From assembly GCF_006345805.1 (NCBI RefSeq), contig NC_043007.1:56916001-56980000 (forward strand): a stretch of DNA of 64,000 nt, read 5' to 3'. The stretch comes from Octopus sinensis (Eukaryota). Shown here piece after piece: positions 63,182 to 64,000 of the stretch. How positions within the stretch are numbered: the first letter of the stretch is position 1; the number at the start of each line of letters is the position of its first letter. The position numbers and the translations under genes are program-made. A model generated the notes under the pieces. The model ran no database searches. It saw only the letters and a list, made by a program, of their open reading frames with translations, and had not been told where the DNA came from.

Positions 63182-63669
63182 TATGTAAATATACACACAC
63201 ACATACACAAGTGTCTATGTGTATATTTCAGCTATTTTTGCATTCATTTTCTATATTTTCATGGGTTAGACGAATAAGTTAGTTGGGGCATTATTTTACA
63301 GTTAGATGCACTTCCTGACGCTAAACCTTATCAGTTTTTCAAGTAAAGAAAATTTTATTCCACACAGCTTTGAAGGCATGAAATGACAAGATAATTTGTT
63401 GACAAGAAAAACCACACACACATGTATAGGTGTATGTATGTACTTGTAGAGGACTGGCAGAATATAAAGAGTAAAGACTTCCTCTGGTCATGAATGACCA
63501 TGGGATTGCACCTAGAAAGTTACTCTCCAGCAGTCACCCATGCATATCAGCCTCTCCTCTCCATGCCACTGATGTTATCCAAGGGAAAGGCAAAGGCTGA
63601 TCCAACTTGGCATCAGTGACAACGCAACTCATTTCTACAGCTGGAGTGAACTGGAGCAATCTATATATA

Positions 63670-64000
63670 TCTCTTATTATAAAAGGCAGATTTTATCTGC
63701 CTCCCTTTGGGAGTTATAGAAATCTACAATATAGGATTTCTTCAATTACAATTTACCTAGCATTTTTAAGAGTAGAATGCATCGGGTCATGCCAGGTCCA
63801 GTTTTTAAAATTTAAACTCCAATTAAGCAAAATTTACAGAAAACTCACATTCTGGTGTGTATGTCAAATGCTTTTCTTAGTCTGGTTTACACCACATGCA
63901 AACGCACACACACACTGTGTAACGAATAAAGTGAAACTAGATGTAATATTTGTTTCTGTCTATCACGCTGATAGATACATGAGTAAAATGTATGGGAAGC
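63670..64000 (+). mobile_element. Helitron-like element D (same family as C), runs off the window; inserted into a SINE
   Basis: A|TCTCTTATTATAAAAGGCAGATTTTATC, homologous to 45100-45317 on the minus strand. Confidence 0.65.

Overview
AT-rich animal genomic DNA. The SINE, RTE, Penelope and Helitron repeat content resembles a coleoid cephalopod (Octopus-like); this is inferred from recalled repeat families, not from a search. The only host gene I can support is a minus-strand formin of the FMN1/FMN2/cappuccino family. Five exons with canonical GT-AG sites and matching phases (18183-18336, 16186-16247, 13600-14683 FH1, 12048-12144, 2527-2668 FH2 start) splice into one open frame, there is a candidate first coding exon at 21968-22036, and the gene continues off the left edge. 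Almost everything else is transposon-derived: three RTE LINEs, hAT, Tigger and mariner DNA elements, two foldback elements, Helitrons, SINE arrays and an internally deleted Gypsy element. The most notable region is a nested block at 29.07-37.0 kb. There a near-intact full-length Tx1/L1-clade retrotransposon with an 18-bp TSD sits inside the pseudo-LTR of a Penelope-like element, about 75 bp from a hammerhead ribozyme motif. The Tx1 3' end also matches the tail of the local tRNA-derived SINE. No rRNA, bona fide tRNA or CRISPR array was found.
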